DNA of 60,845 nt, filler included, from Sphacelaria rigidula (GCA_964200075.2; 10 parts of 10 records of this genome joined end to end with filler, not necessarily neighbours in it), one strand, 5' to 3'. Shown: positions 36,304 to 50,074, counted from the first letter of the whole stretch. The notes: generated by a model from the letters alone, not told the origin. Made by a program: numbers and translations.

Positions 36304-37154
36304 TTAACGCTACGTAAGGTTTGATTTTTTGGACGGGACAAATGCAGCGTAACGTGATATAACATGTGGACCTTGAAGCAGTGTCTCTTGGTGTTCTCCA
36401 GATGAAAAAAAATGATGTTTTTGTGATTTTATAACGTGACACGTGACACGTGACATATTCACGAAAACANNNNNNNNNNNNNNNNNNNNNNNNNNNNNNN
36501 NNNNNNNNNNNNNTTAATTAATTAANNNNNNNNNNNNNNNNNNNNNNNNNNNNNNNNNNNNNNNNNNNNGGGGGGGAATAGAAAAAAAGAATGAAAAAAA
36601 GAATAAGACAGAAAAAGACAGAAAAAAAAAAGAAGCAGAAGCAAAGGCGAAAGAAAGAAAGAGAATAAAAATGAGGTCCCAGTATAATGCAGCGAGTTGC
36701 TATTCTCGCACGAGCACTCTGTTTTGGAAACATACATACGTGACAGCATAACTACTCAAGGAATTAAAAAAGAAAAAGAAAAACAGGACCAGCACACGCA
36801 GATCGCATGTTTTCTTCACGAGCAGAAAGTCCATCCGATTCTCGCCGCGAACGTCGTCGGTTGCTCGCACTCCACCTCCATGACGGACCGCGCAAGATGA
36901 CTGCACTCGACACTAGAATCACTGACCTGCAGGGCAAGGCCGCGGCTGAAGACGGCCGCGGCTGATGTCAACACGTCCCGCACCGCTTGCCAACCATCCC
37001 CCGTGGTCGGCAGCGTGAAAACTCGAGGCCTACAATCGCCACCCACACACGGCAAAGGAACAGGGGAAGGTGTTCTCAATTATTCTGCATGCCAGAGTCG
37101 CAAGATCTTTCAACCTCGCATCCCTGCAAAGCAGGGAGAGAGCACTCCGAGTAG

Positions 37155-37970
37155 TCGCCGGACCAGGCTCGTGATCAATCACCAAGCACGAAGCGCTGTG
37201 ATGGGTTCGACGAATCGCATAGACGGTGAGCTGCGCCCTGCTAAGAACACGGGATCTTACAAATTGGGGATGGATCTTTTATTGGGGATGAGAAAACCGG
37301 AGAATTGAAATCTTCGTATCCACACCAATTCTTATAAATATGGTTCCTTTTCTTCACCTACTGATAGCTATTAACAGCTGCTGCATATCATAGAAATTTG
37401 GATTTCGATCACCGAAATGTTGGGGTCCTAGGTGAAAAAATGATTTCGGAACCATTTTGGCGTCTGTTCGGACACCCGAAATTCCCCAAAATTGGTTTTT
37501 CACCTAGAGTCCCAACATTTCGATGATCGAAATCCAAATTTCCATGGCGTGTAGCAATTGTCAATAGCTATCAGTAGGTGAAGAAATGGAACCATATTTC
37601 GAAGGTATGGTGCGGATACAAAGATTTTAATTCTCCGGGTTTCTCATCCCCAATAAAGGATCCATCCCCAATTTGTAAGATCGCGTGTGTAAGATTGTTC
37701 GGCCCGAACCGTACTGATTATTTTGCAAATGGATGACAGCTTCGAATAAGCTGCTTCATTTTTTGGTCTTGCCACCGTCAGAGGCAGCCACAAGTTATAT
37801 TGCCACATGAGTGCCTCCTCATTTCCACACTACGTAGTACGATCATTCCCCTTTGCGCGGAGGTCAGGTTCTTTAGCCCACCATCACGGTTACCGCATAA
37901 CAATGCAGGTAAGAAAAATAGGACGCAGGCTGGTGCCTAACTTACGCAGTGAGTAGCGTGTTTTACATCG
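37155..37970 (-). mobile_element. SINE-like repeat interrupted by a foldback MITE; a further copy lies at ~38010-38315 (-)
   Basis: Homology to 56024-56503 on both sides of 37246-37689. Confidence 0.75.
37246..37689. mobile_element. Foldback (near-fully palindromic) MITE, ~440 bp
   Basis: Arms of ~195 bp (ACACGGGATCTTACAAATTGGGGATGGATC... / ...GATCCATCCCCAATTTGTAAGATCGCGTGT). TAAG duplicated at 37242-37245 and 37690-37693. One arm also at ~43455-43668. Confidence 0.85.
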
Positions 37971-38783
37971 TTGTTGCTAACCGCCGACAACCCTGAAGAA
38001 GCAAGCGCGGGGTAGGTAGTACTCATGATCTTGCATGCCGTAATCATACGACCATTGACCTCGCATCCCTTCAAAGCCGGGACGGAGCACGCCGGGTTTT
38101 CGCCGGACCAGGCTCGTAATCGATCACCAGGCGCGAAGCGCCGTGATGTGTTCAGCGAGTCGCATTAAGGGTGGGTTGCATCCTGCTGAGATTGTGCAGC
38201 TGGAAGGAAGCGCACTGATTATCATGCATTTGGATGACAGCCTACAAATAGTTGCTTTAGTTTCTGGTATCGCCACTTCCAGAGACAGCCACAGGTTCCG
38301 TACTGCCTAATGTACGTCTCACCATGTGGGGGCTGGGGGGTCAACGTATTCCTACTGTATAAGTGCGAGACCGCCTTTCGGAACAGCATCATCTGCTGCT
38401 CGTCAACGCTGGCGATGACCCTGATGCTGCTACTACAGCTGCGCAGATCCTCCCGGGTTGTAAGTATTGCTCCCGATAGAAATGAACAGTACCCCGTCCT
38501 GTAATCCACGGCTCCCAATCCTCACTTGCGCAAAACTTACGGCTTTGCATTGCTGACGGCGAAGCGGTCGCTTTTTCGTAGATTGTATTTCCAAGGGTCA
38601 ACCTAGGCTACATCTTTGGCAATCGACCCTCAACGCGGTGCATGTCACACCCCGGTAGTGTAATGGTATAAGGGACACCATATGTGCGGCTTCGACTTCC
38701 CGGCACATATGTTTCGAGTATATACTCCGGAAAAGCATCTGATCTCAGCCGTCGGAAACGCGAGAATGTAAGTAGCAAATATG

Positions 38784-39349
38784 CGAGGGTAGGTCGGGTA
38801 GGGTACGTACTTTTGAAATACTCGGGTAATATACCCGGGTATTTACTCTACCCAAGGTTTTGGTAGAGGCCTCAGATACTCTACCGAAATATTGGATGGA
38901 TTGGGTACGGCCTCAAATACTCTACCGAGTTGTTGGCTAGATTGAGTACGACCTCAAATATTCTACTCAAATATTGGGTATTCTCAGCAATACCTAGGTA
39001 TAGAGTATCACTTGGGCATGACCACGATACTCTGTCCAATTTTTGGGTAAATTGAGTACGACCTCGAAAACTTCACCCAATATTCGGGTATATTGGGCAC
39101 GACCTCAAATACTTTACCCACTTACGGGGTAGACTGGGTACAGTCTCAAATACTCTACCCACATTTTGGGCCAGCACTCTTAGCAGTACCTGGGTATAGA
39201 GTATCGCTTGGGTATGACCTCAACAATATACCCAACATTTGGGTATGTTGGGTAGGATCCAAAATACTCTACCCAGTTTTGTGTAGTTTGAGCACGATTT
39301 CCACAGTGTACCCAAATATTTTTATCATGTAGGTAAGGCCGTGCCTTTG
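38784..39349. mobile_element. hAT-like element with an ATACTCTACCC repeat array; a sister copy lies at 39989-40461
   Basis: Degenerate C(A/G)AGGG(C/T)AGGTCGGGTAG left ends, right end CTACCCGACCTGTCCTTG at 40461, ~40-bp degenerate internal units. Confidence 0.7.
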
Positions 39350-42312
39350 CACATCAGTTCTCGACCATGAAATAAGTGCGGCGAAAGGGATTTGAGCGAA
39401 TTCGTCCATTTCTCGCGAGTTGGATCCAAAGGAATTCGCAAGCTTTCGATCGAAAAAAGACAGTGAAATCCATGAAGCGGCATTTGTTCGCTTGTCTACA
39501 GCACAGTACTGTACTGTCGGCGCGGTACGCATGCAGTGTATCTGAGTGTGTGTGCGCGTTTGTAGGATGTGAAAGAGAAGGAGGCAACGTGCAGTGCAGA
39601 CAGCGCAGGACTATGTGTACTCTCTGCTTACCGTGCGACGTGAAAAGGGCTTGAACAACGTACCGCTTTGTACTGCCTGCACTGTCCATGAGTGTAGGCA
39701 CGTCGGTCGTCCACCCTACCACGCAGTGCCGTCGGCAATATCTCTACCGTGAAAAGGATACTCAACTTTTTGCCAACATAATAAAAAGCATCACACCCAA
39801 CTACTGCGGTGTACCTATCCCTGTGCTCAACTCATGCTCTATGCTGCAGGGTTGCGGTGGTAGCTGAGAATGAGTTGTGTGTGGCTTGCATGGTTATGTG
39901 AACGGGTGGTATCTGGAGTGGTATCTTGCAAGATGGGAGTCAAGTGCCCCTTCGTACCGTTCCTCCGCATGCTTTCCATCGAAAAAAACGAGTGCAGGCC
40001 GGGTAGGGTATGTACTTTACTATACTCGGGTAAAATACACGGGTATGTACCCTAACCAAGGTTGGGGTAAATTGGGTACGGCCTCAAGTACTCTACCCAT
40101 TTTCTGGGTAGATTGAGTACAACTTCAAATACTCTTCCCAAATATTGGGGAAGTACCCTCACCAGTACATGGATATAGAGTATCACTTCGGTATGACCTC
40201 ACTACTGTACCCAAATTTTGGGTAAATTGAGTACGACCTTAAATAAGCACTCTCAGCAATACCTGAACAAAGAGCATAACTTGGGTATGGCCTCAATACT
40301 CTACTCAAAGTTTGGGTATGCTGGGTATGATCTGAAATACTCTACTCGAATTTTGGGTAGATTGGGTACGATTTTTATACTTTACCCAAATGTGTGGGTA
40401 CTCAGAGTGTGACCTCTCAAAAATACCGTGTACTGGGTTTACCCTACCCGACCTGTCCTTGCAAATATATCAAGGGTAGGACGAATTCATCATGTGTCCG
40501 AAAATTACTTGAGTTTCGTGTAGTTGATTCGTACGGTACGAATCAATCTTCACGCTTCGTTTTCAGCGTTGCAACCCAGGTACGCGAAGCCCAGGCACGT
40601 GGAATGGCGGAAACGTTGCGTCAAGACCTGTTCGACCAGAGGTCGACTTTTTCTCTCTCTTTCGATCAATCAGGCCTAATAAATCGTGGATTTGGTGATT
40701 CGACCTGGCGATGATTCGTCCTCACCGTGAAATATATGCATATGTACGAAGGTTTCGGCCGCTTTCGCCGCCACACTCAATGGATCGACAGGCAAGATAC
40801 ATGAGCACCGGTGATAATCATGTGCGTTGCGTAATGGCACATGGGATAGTTTGAAGAAGAAAAAAAGCCGAAGCTGCTCATCAGCGGGCCACGTGGTGTA
40901 TGCACTCGCACAAACTTGTTTAGTGTTCGCACAATGAGGAACAATGGTTTGTGCGAGATGCGCCCACAAGACACACAAGGGGTCAGCACCGGTTGAGATG
41001 ATGCCGATTCGAATTCGAAAAAAGACATGAACACAGTTGCATTCGGCTAGTCCTTATGAACATAACAAGCGCGTGTACCGTAAACTAGCAGCTGTAGCAG
41101 CAGCGCAGAGGCAAGAAAAAAAAAAGAAAAAGTAGTCGAGACGATGGGGCATGCGTACAAGATCAAGGCGCTCGAGGTGTGAAAACCCTGCCTCAAGAGG
41201 TCGGTTGGCTGTGATCAATGGAGAGAGAGCATGGGGCCGCGATTTTATCTCGTGTCTTGTGATGGTCAAGTGAGGACGGTGCCGATTCGATTTTTAAGTC
41301 AAGACGATGCCGATTCCACTTTTTTTGTTTTTTTGCATGCTAGTTCAGCCCGAAGAGGATCATAGATGTCACCTTCACATGGGGCAGGTGGAAAGGCTTG
41401 ACAGAAACCCGACTAAACCAAAAAGGAGCCTCAGGAACTGACTGCCCCCGCAACCCAAAACACACACAGCTCAACCGCCGGCCTGTGAGAGCTCGACAGC
41501 GACGTAACACCACCCAACGGGGAAGGGATCTGAGGCCAAATGCGATCGGTATAATTGCGACAATATCTGACGAGGAGTCGAGGCGGTGCTGGAGTACTGA
41601 TTTGCATGATCCATTCCGCGATGCCAAACTGTAAGGCTGTGTCGGGGTAGGGGTGGGTTCATTCCACGTTTCGGACGAACCATCGCCGGTTCGAACCACT
41701 AAATGTACGATTTTCAAGGCGTGATTGCTCGGAAGAGAGAAAACCTTTGACCGCTGGTGGAGAAGATCCCCATGCAACATTTGCGCCATCCCACGTCCCC
41801 GGGGCCGCGTGTACGTGGATTTCAAAGTTGAAATCGAAGCCTAGGGATCGATTCGTCCGGTACGAATCATTGACACTGAAATCAAGTAATTAGCAGACGA
41901 ATCATTGATTCGTCCGACCCTGGGTTTAATTCCTTGACACCACGGACATGTCTCGAGAACGGCGAGGGGTTGTGTGCATTATACACACGAAGTAAACTAA
42001 CGCACAACCGTCACGTAAGAAGAGTAGCCAGCTCGTACATGAGTGAGTTGGGCCAGGGTTTGGAATGGGGTCAAAATTGCAGCGGTGCGGGGTTGGAAGG
42101 TAAGGATAAGCGCTGTGTGCACCTGATGACGGGGTCCTTCTTGGAGAGGAGATATAGGAAAGTCACCGCGCCTGTCCATTCTGCCGCGACTGTTGATATC
42201 GCTGCGCCCTGCACACCTAACCCTGCATTCACCACAGAGAGACGAGAGAATGGACAATAATGTAATATCCTTCTGTTGTGATTGTCGTTGATTTTGTGAT
42301 GAAGTTCGTAGC

Positions 42313-42428
42313 ATCATCGTCAATATCATCATCATCATCATCATCATGTTCATCATGCTCATCATGCTCATCATGCTCATCATCATCATCATCATCATCA
42401 TCATCGTCATCATCATCATCATCATCAT
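42313..42428. repeat. (ATC)n / (ATCATGCTC)n microsatellite
   Basis: Seen directly. Confidence 0.97.
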
Positions 42429-43759
42429 TGTTATTGTCACTCTTCACGTTACTATTGTCTTTGCCAATACGACAACTCTAGCCAGCAGACACTACGGGGG
42501 GTGTACTCATGATCATGCATGCCATAGTCATCAGACCATCGACCTCGCATCCCTACAATGCCGNNNNNNNNNNNNNNNNNNNNNNNNNNNNNNNNNNNNN
42601 NNNNNNNTTAATTAATTAANNNNNNNNNNNNNNNNNNNNNNNNNNNNNNNNNNNNNNNNNNNNTGCCCTGGCCCATATTCTTGTGCGTCTAGAATCGTTG
42701 GGAGCCCCTGAACGAGCAGCTGGGAATTCTCACCCTTGGGCTCGTTATCGCCAATGTTGCCAATATGAGGCGCTTAATGTAGCCTGAACCCAAACATTAG
42801 GCGCTGTATGGCCATTTTTTCGTGACACTTTTGGGCTGGTTTTGGAGGGGGCTTTCGTAGAAAGTGTCTCCTGCTGTCCGAGATGAGTTCGTTTTTGCCC
42901 GATTTGAATCGGGCAAAAAGAGTATTTACCTCGGACAGCAGCAGGAGCTATTTGAAAAAAAAAACAGATCTTATACCAAAATAATTTGGAGTTTTCAAAA
43001 TTGGGAAGGCCTCGCATCAGGGCTGCTCGCAGGGTTTCGACAAAAACGCTATTCAAAATGCTGGTAGAGGTACTAGGGTTTGCAAATGCAATGCAGGGTC
43101 TCTCACAAAAGACTGTGAAGAACCTTGTGCAGCACGTCCTACAGGGTGTATCTTTCCACGTGTGCTGTATTACGGCTCTTTCTGGATCATGAGCATATGT
43201 AGTGTACTGATCGGTATTCAGGCTGTGGAGCTACGCAGTTCATGACGCACGGCCCTACGTGCGCTGCAGCCGCTGCGACGCGCTGAAACTTCGCTCATAG
43301 GCTGTGCAAACCACAGTCAAGAGTTCCAACTCGCTGTATCTGATGCTGTGCGCTGCAGCAGTTCGAACTAGAGAGAAACGCGGTCAGGTTCTGTTCCGAA
43401 AAGTTGTTTTATTTTGGCGCAACACTGACTTTACAGGGACATCTCTGCGCTGGTACTTAAATTCCCCAAAATTGGTTTTTCACCTACGACCCCAACATTT
43501 CGGTGATCGAAACCCACATTTCTATGGCGTGTAGCAGTTGCCAATAGTTATCAGTAGGTGGAGAAGTAGAACCACATCTCGAAGATTTGGAGTGGATGCG
43601 AAGATTTTAATTCTCCGAGTTTCTCATCCCCGATAGAAGATCGATCCCCAATTTGTAAGATCCCGTGTTATTTGTTTTCACGCGTTCTTTTGCAGCGCAC
43701 TGAGAAGGCACATTTTTTATATTTTCGACTTGCGTCACCCCCGGGAGGCCCAAACCAAC

Positions 43760-44689
43760 CTCCCGAAGGGGAACCTTGTACTACGTAGTGTTTAAATAGT
43801 TTGACACCCATGAGGCAGTGTAAAAGCCGTGACTGTCTCTGGAAGTGGCGATACCAGAAATTAAAGCCACTCATTACAGCCCGTAATCTGAATGCAAGAT
43901 AATCAGTAGGCTTCGGGCCGAAACATCTTAGCAGGATGCAGCTCACCCTTCATGCTACGCGCAGAACACACCCCGGCTCTTCGTGGTTGGTGATTGAGTG
44001 CGAGCCTGGTCCGGCGAAAACCCGGCGTGCTCCGTCTCGCCTTTGTAGTGATACGAGGTCAATGGTCATATGACTATGACATATGATCATGAGTACACCC
44101 CCCACCTCCCCATCAACTCTCGTTGGGCCTGCTCCCGCTAAAACACGCCGGGCTTCGTCCTGGCTTCGTAGGGATGCGAGGTTAATGGTCATATGATTAT
44201 GGCATGCAAGATCATGAGACACCCCGCCACCCCCTTTTTTTGAGGACTGTAAAGCACGTCACTTACTGTGTAAGCAAGGCAACCACTATACAAACCATTT
44301 TTCTCTTGCGTTTGCATTGCGGTAACGATGATGTTGACCGATCTAAATTATGTTGTGCGGGGTGGAAAACCCGGACCCCGCGCAAAGGGGATGGTTGTAC
44401 TACGTAATGTTTCGATGGTGAGACGCCCATAAGGCAGTGTGTAACGCGTGGCCGTCTCTACAGGTGGTAATACCAGAAAATGAACCAACTCAATGTAGGC
44501 TGTCATCCATGTACGAGATAGTCAGTACACTTCGGCCAAACAAGCTGAACAGGATGCAGCTCACCCTACATGCGACCCCCCGAACACACCACGGTGCTTC
44601 GCGCTTGGTGAATGCGTGCTCTGTCCCGGCCTTGTGGAGATGCGGGGTCAATGGTCTCAATACTACGGCATGAAAGATCATGAGTACAC
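43760..44689 (+). mobile_element. Three head-to-tail copies of the SINE-like repeat (~43760-44100, 44125-44224, 44246-44689)
   Basis: Each ends GATCATGAG(T)ACACC followed by a C-rich tract. Confidence 0.8.
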
Positions 44690-44799
44690 CGCCTCCTTTC
44701 CTGTACCGCTTGATAGCTCTTCTCTAATTGCTCTTCAGCTGGGAGAAGAAATGCAAGTGAGAGATTACTTCGCTTGACATGTTCATGGGAACTTCCGAA

Positions 44800-45620
44800 T
44801 GTATTCACCCGTTGACACTCAACCCAAGACCGCGACACTGTTGACGGCAATCTCAGGACTGGATTTGTGTGCACCTCCCATGTGCGACGAGGCTGCTCGA
44901 TTTTGGCAGCAGCGTACAGCGTTTATGAAGATATTTCGTCCCTCAACACGCATGTTTATTGTCCTTGATTCATGCTCCTGGGCGACGAATAATGGAGTAC
45001 TTCCCCCAGGGCACACGAACATTGGAGTAGAACTTACTCTGGTGGAAATTTGTGCCCTTAAGTAGCAAAATACAAAGCGTGCATTTGTTTAGGCGTTTTC
45101 CGGCGTACAAAGGCGGTTTCTTTTTCTTATATTCTGTGGGGATATACGTTTGTGTGTGTCAACACCTTGGAAGAAATTTGATTTGTCGAGGGACCACGTC
45201 AGCCCGCTCTCGGTGTCCCAGGGAGCTCATTTTACTCCTGTAGGACGCTCATGCCTTCAACCTATCCGCCCACGTCACGGAGATGTGTGGTCGAGTCCAT
45301 TCCCGTGGTGTACATGAACGCTGGGTTCCTACCCCTCATTCAGGTCTCACCCTGCAACAACCGTTCTACTGCTTTTACCGCCTCCCTCTACAACGAAGGT
45401 GCCCATCGTGGAAGCGCAAGACCCTACGCCAATTGGATGCTACAACGACAAGCAGGGCTATCGTGTACTGACCAACCAAACGATCAGCAGCAGCATGACT
45501 CCAACGGTGAGGGCCTGATGATTCAACCATGGTACTTGTACATCTGCGAGTATTTCGAAAAAAGTATTTACTTCATTTGCACTACAAATGTTGGACCACA
45601 ATACATGTAGGAAACATCCT
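44800..45620 (-). pseudogene. Possible heavily decayed DDE (IS630/Tc1-like) transposase
   Basis: Fragmentary motifs only: FVVQM..FFEIL..VQV, GGK, CILL..KFPPE (cf. FLPKFHPEL). No intact frame. Confidence 0.3.
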
Positions 45621-47369
45621 CGGATTATTTATTGCCACATCCAAGATTTTGAATGACAAAATAGCGAAACTGCGGACGTTTTGTCGCACACGAACAAAAG
45701 AAGGGGAGTTCATGCACAGGAAGAAAATATTGTGGAGTGTGCAACATACTTGGTTGTGTTTGGCTCTCGAGTCCCCATGAGACATGCTCTTCACTTTATC
45801 GTGTGACGTCGACTAGCGTCGAAATAAGGTTCCACTAGCTTTGGAGGGGATCCTCAGGTGCTCCGCCACTAGAAGAGTAAATAAAAGGATCATACTCCGA
45901 ACCAGTGGAATGATGTGCATATGCAATATCTCGAAAATATGGCTGTGGCTTGTGCATAAAATACACAGTATTCAACTGTCAATGTGACAGGAACAATCGG
46001 TTTAACTCGTGAACCTCGCTCTGACAAGGGAGTTCGCAGAGGCTGGCTGCACAAAGTTGATTCAACACTTGCGTTGTGCAATTAATGAAAAGAAGATGAC
46101 ATACACGTGGCGCTTCACCTGACCGAATACATGATTAGAAGTACAACGCTCGATTTCTTACTCAAGCCGGTACCAACGACGAGCTGGTAGGCTTGATGGA
46201 GAGGATGAAAAATAGAGAGTGACCACGAGAGACTGTCTCAAAAACGTTCCTATCTCGACAAAACCTCTCGTGCCATGAACTGTACAACTTGAACTATGCA
46301 ACCATGAACTGTACATCTACAAACTGTTAATACGACAGACCCTTCGAGTCAAGCTCTTCGCTGTTCTGACACTGAAAGTTCGATCTGTCCATTCATATAC
46401 CCGTACTATTAAACCCGTTTGTACTGTCTATTTCATCTTCTACTTATTATGTTGCTGCTCATGCTAAACCGTAACGTTTTCTGCCGCTAAACGCATACTT
46501 CGTATACAGATATGAAATAGATTTGTTGCCAACATATCCCCTGAAAACCATGTCCAGATCTTTATCGAAAAGCAAACATGACATGTGTGCACAGAAATGT
46601 ACGCAAGAAGATGATAAAGCTCTCCTGCGTAAAACGCAAACTCTCCCATAGACATATCTGCACAATATATATATGCATATATTACCACGAAGTTACTATA
46701 CTTGGATCTCTACTATGTTTACTCGTACACAATGTCGATGGTGTGTTCAATCGCGTTACGTTCACTCAATAAACTATAGCTGTATGGAATTGTTTTCATA
46801 CAACCAAATCAAACTCATCGCTATCTTCGGTATATACTACACTGTGCTTTAAGAATGAGTTGGTGTTGAATCTTGAACAAGAAAGTAGATCACAATTTTG
46901 ATATAGTGCGGGAGTATTTACAATGAAACTTAAAACTGTAGGATAAACATGAGTATTCATAAACCCTATTGCTTTCAGATCGTGTGACACATGTCTTCTA
47001 CCATACCTTGACTGCTCTGGGACTAAACCTTCTCTACCCTATTGCTTCGCTCTTCCCAAATGCTATTTTTTGCTCTTTGTTGTTCTTGGTTCGATGCGCC
47101 GATGTTTCTCGTCCAGTGATGATTCGAGCATCGATTGCTACCAGAACGTCTCGTGATGTTGCAGTTGTTGTTGTCGCTGTTGCGGTCGTTGTTGTTATTC
47201 CTGATACACCCAACCTTTTCCCCTTGGTCTTGTATCCTTGGTATATATTACTTGCGACGTGGAAAGTGATGCTGACGACTTACGTGGCTCCTCCCCGGTA
47301 TCGGCTCCAGTTGAAATAGTTATCTCCCAAACTCCTCCACCTGTTGCAAGAGTCTCTGGTGTACTATTT

Positions 47370-48075
47370 CTCGCAATATTTTTGAGTATCTCGACCAGTT
47401 ATTGTTTTTACTTGACGTGATGAAGTATTATCCGATCCGTTTTTATCAAATGTTTCAGTTTAATAATTATTTTCGCCAGGTGGTTTCTACTTGTACAATC
47501 ATTAGTACTTGATGACAAGTGCAGTGCTCCTCGAGAATCAGAAGAAATAGTGGGTATTTTCATCGATACAACTACACAAAAAGACGAATGCACGTAGAAA
47601 TTGAACAGATACATTCCAATTTTTCCATATCTGGCTGAGGATAAAATCTCTGCTTCAGTAATTGAAGAAGCTGTAATTTTCTGCAAGCTTGAAGAAAAGT
47701 GAACTAATCCGTTAGCAAAAAAACAAAGTTATTGTAGCTGATCTCATTCTACCCTGTGAGCCGAAGTTACCGTATAAAGAATCACAATGTTCTTGTAGAT
47801 TCAAGTTGCTCTTCGGGAAGCGGTAAGTCATGAGTAGATCCTGTATATCTTCAAGTATCGAAATGCACGCTTCACTGCAACTAAATAATGACTACTTGGT
47901 TTACAAATTTGACAAGCTACCTGAGTAACACTGAACGCTGTGTCGAATCTGGTGCATTGTGCTAGAAACATAAGACTACCTACCATTGCTTGGTATTGTT
48001 TGGTCTGTTCTTGATGTTACTGAAGGATTTCTTCTGGTTCTTCAATGTGCCGATTCTCTCACCCTGGTTTATATA
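47370..48075 (-). mobile_element. Decayed copia RT C-terminus and RNase H, related to 27945-28790
   Basis: YQAMVGSLMFLAQCTRFDTAFSV, GLVHFSSSLQKITASSITEAEI, ISSDSRGALHLSS. Confidence 0.85.
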
Positions 48076-48757
48076 CTGTAGCCTTCCGCTTGACTACGAA
48101 ATGTGACAAAACACACACAACACACACAAAAAACGGAAACATGCATACGTCCTCGAAATATGTATTCACTACAATACCGCAGCGGGTTATCATATATTTG
48201 TTGCTGTTGCTATCGTTTGACTTTGACAGTGATGAGAACCTCAGTTTCTGAACAATTATGGAGGTAGGAGGGGTGACACGGAAGAACGCCGATAGTGGCA
48301 TTTTATTTCTCTTGTTCACTGCTTAAGGCCAATGCTATCATCATGTGGGTACCGTGATCACGTTCCGGTCATCCGTGATCACGTTCCGGTCATTGCTGCC
48401 TGCACAGTTGAGTTCCAGCTAAAAACAACGCACCTTGCCAAAGACCATCGACCCGAACTGATCGTTTTCCACGTTCTCACCACAGGTGTGCGCTGCCCAC
48501 TGCTCCAGATATGCTTACTACGCGACACAACATGGGAATGAGGTGGGCGCGAATCAAGGAGTCATCCTACGATAGGGGGGGGGGGGATTTTGGGCCATTT
48601 GTTGCTCGAACTTTCGAGTAAGATCGTCGTTGAAAGCAGCAACGGTTGTTGGAACAANNNNNNNNNNNNNNNNNNNNNNNNNNNNNNNNNNNNNNNNNNN
48701 NTTAATTAATTAANNNNNNNNNNNNNNNNNNNNNNNNNNNNNNNNNNNNNNNNNNNN

Positions 48758-49033
48758 TTTGCTTTGTACTTTCCTCTTGCTTTCCTTTTTCTTGTTTTCG
48801 GTCGGCCATGTCTTTCTGTGCTTTGCTTGTGTTGACTTTTTATTACTTTTTTTGTCACGACTCAGTCTGCGATGTCGTTCTGTTCGACCCCTCTTTTGTT
48901 TTTTTTCTGTTCCTGATTTTTTTCCCTAGAGCGTGGTTCAGTATAGTTTTTTTTGGGTACGTCTATCGTGAGACCACCCACGGCTGGACCCCTGGAGGGT
49001 CAGTTCAAGTGCGACAATCAATCAACCAATCAT
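48758..49033 (+). mobile_element. Non-LTR retrotransposon 3' end with (CAAT)n tail
   Basis: T-rich UTR followed by CGGCTGGACCCCTGGAGGGTCAGTTCAAGTGCGACAATCAATCAACCAATC. Confidence 0.65.
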
Positions 49034-49534
49034 TCAGTGCCAAAAAGTAAGCGCGTACTAGGCAATACGCGCAACCCTGATGGTGGATCTGACACTTTCA
49101 TTCTGACAAACGGAAATTTGACTCTGAAAAAAAAATCCACTTCACATGCATACACGATAAATACAGGATACGCCAGAACACAACAAGAGCGTCTCTGTTC
49201 CCTTCGGACTAGAGTTTTCTTTCGGTCATGTCGCTGTTTATATCTAATATGTGTGACTGTATGGCGCAAAACGCATAATAACGTGAGGTTGATCAGGTAG
49301 TGCAACGTTTTCTCCACCACCGTTCATTTATTTGTTGCTGCATGTTTGTAGACTTCCGCACGGTGCTTTTCGTCGGCCTTTCTGTGTTTCTTAGATTCGA
49401 TTTTCCGGGGTTCGGGGTTCGGTAAATTTAACAGCCGATTTGGTGCGTTTCGGTGCATTATGGAGTCGAATTTTACTGTCTCTGTCATGGGGTAAGGGGA
49501 TATGAGGAAATGTACGGAAAACATGGTTTGTAGT

Positions 49535-49971
49535 ATGGAGATGCCGCCAACCCAACGCTTACCCTGACCCTAACCCCGACCAAGGCATACCGGAAACCCT
49601 CGGGCAAGAGGGGTGCAAAGTGTTTCGTGGGTAAAGTGTGCGTTGCCAGAGCTCAAATCGACGCCTTTCAGCCTATTTTGGAGCAAAACACGTTCTGGAC
49701 GAGCTGGGTCTACTGCTCACCACCCTTCACCTGCCCCAGACCATAAATTTTCATGGAGATGCGCCAACCCTGACGCTTACGCTGACCCTAACCCCGACCA
49801 AGGCATACCGGAAACCCTCGGGCAAGAGGGGTGTAAAGTAACTCGTAGGCAAAGGGTGCGTTGCCAGAGCTCAAATCGACGCCATTCAGCCGATTTTGGA
49901 GCAAAACACGTTCTGGACGAGCCGGGTCTACTGCTCACTACCGCTCACCTGTCCCAGACCATAATTTTTCT
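49535..49971 (+). repeat. Tandem duplication of a ~218-bp unit containing CCCTGACCCTAACCCC
   Basis: Units start ATGGAGATGC at 49535 and 49753 and are highly similar throughout. Confidence 0.92.
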
Positions 49972-50074
49972 CAGAACTTTTTGAGCCTGAAATAAAGTAA
50001 AATCGAGTGCCAACTATCGCTTACGTACATGTCGTAAGGTCTACTGCCTGGGGTTTGGGGTTCGGTGCATTCAA

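Noticed and set aside
38310..38640. Coding-like stretch
   Set aside because: No recognisable motif or convincing splice sites in any frame, so I cannot support a call.
38784..40461. CRISPR-like periodic ATACTCTACCC / TTGGGTA arrays (also 7200-7400 and 19413-20248)
   Set aside because: The units are degenerate along their whole length with no unique spacers, they lie within hAT-like TIRs, and there are no cas genes in this eukaryotic context.
41997..42615. Poly-Met, poly-Asp, poly-Ser and poly-Ile ORFs
   Set aside because: They are translations of an (ATC)n microsatellite.
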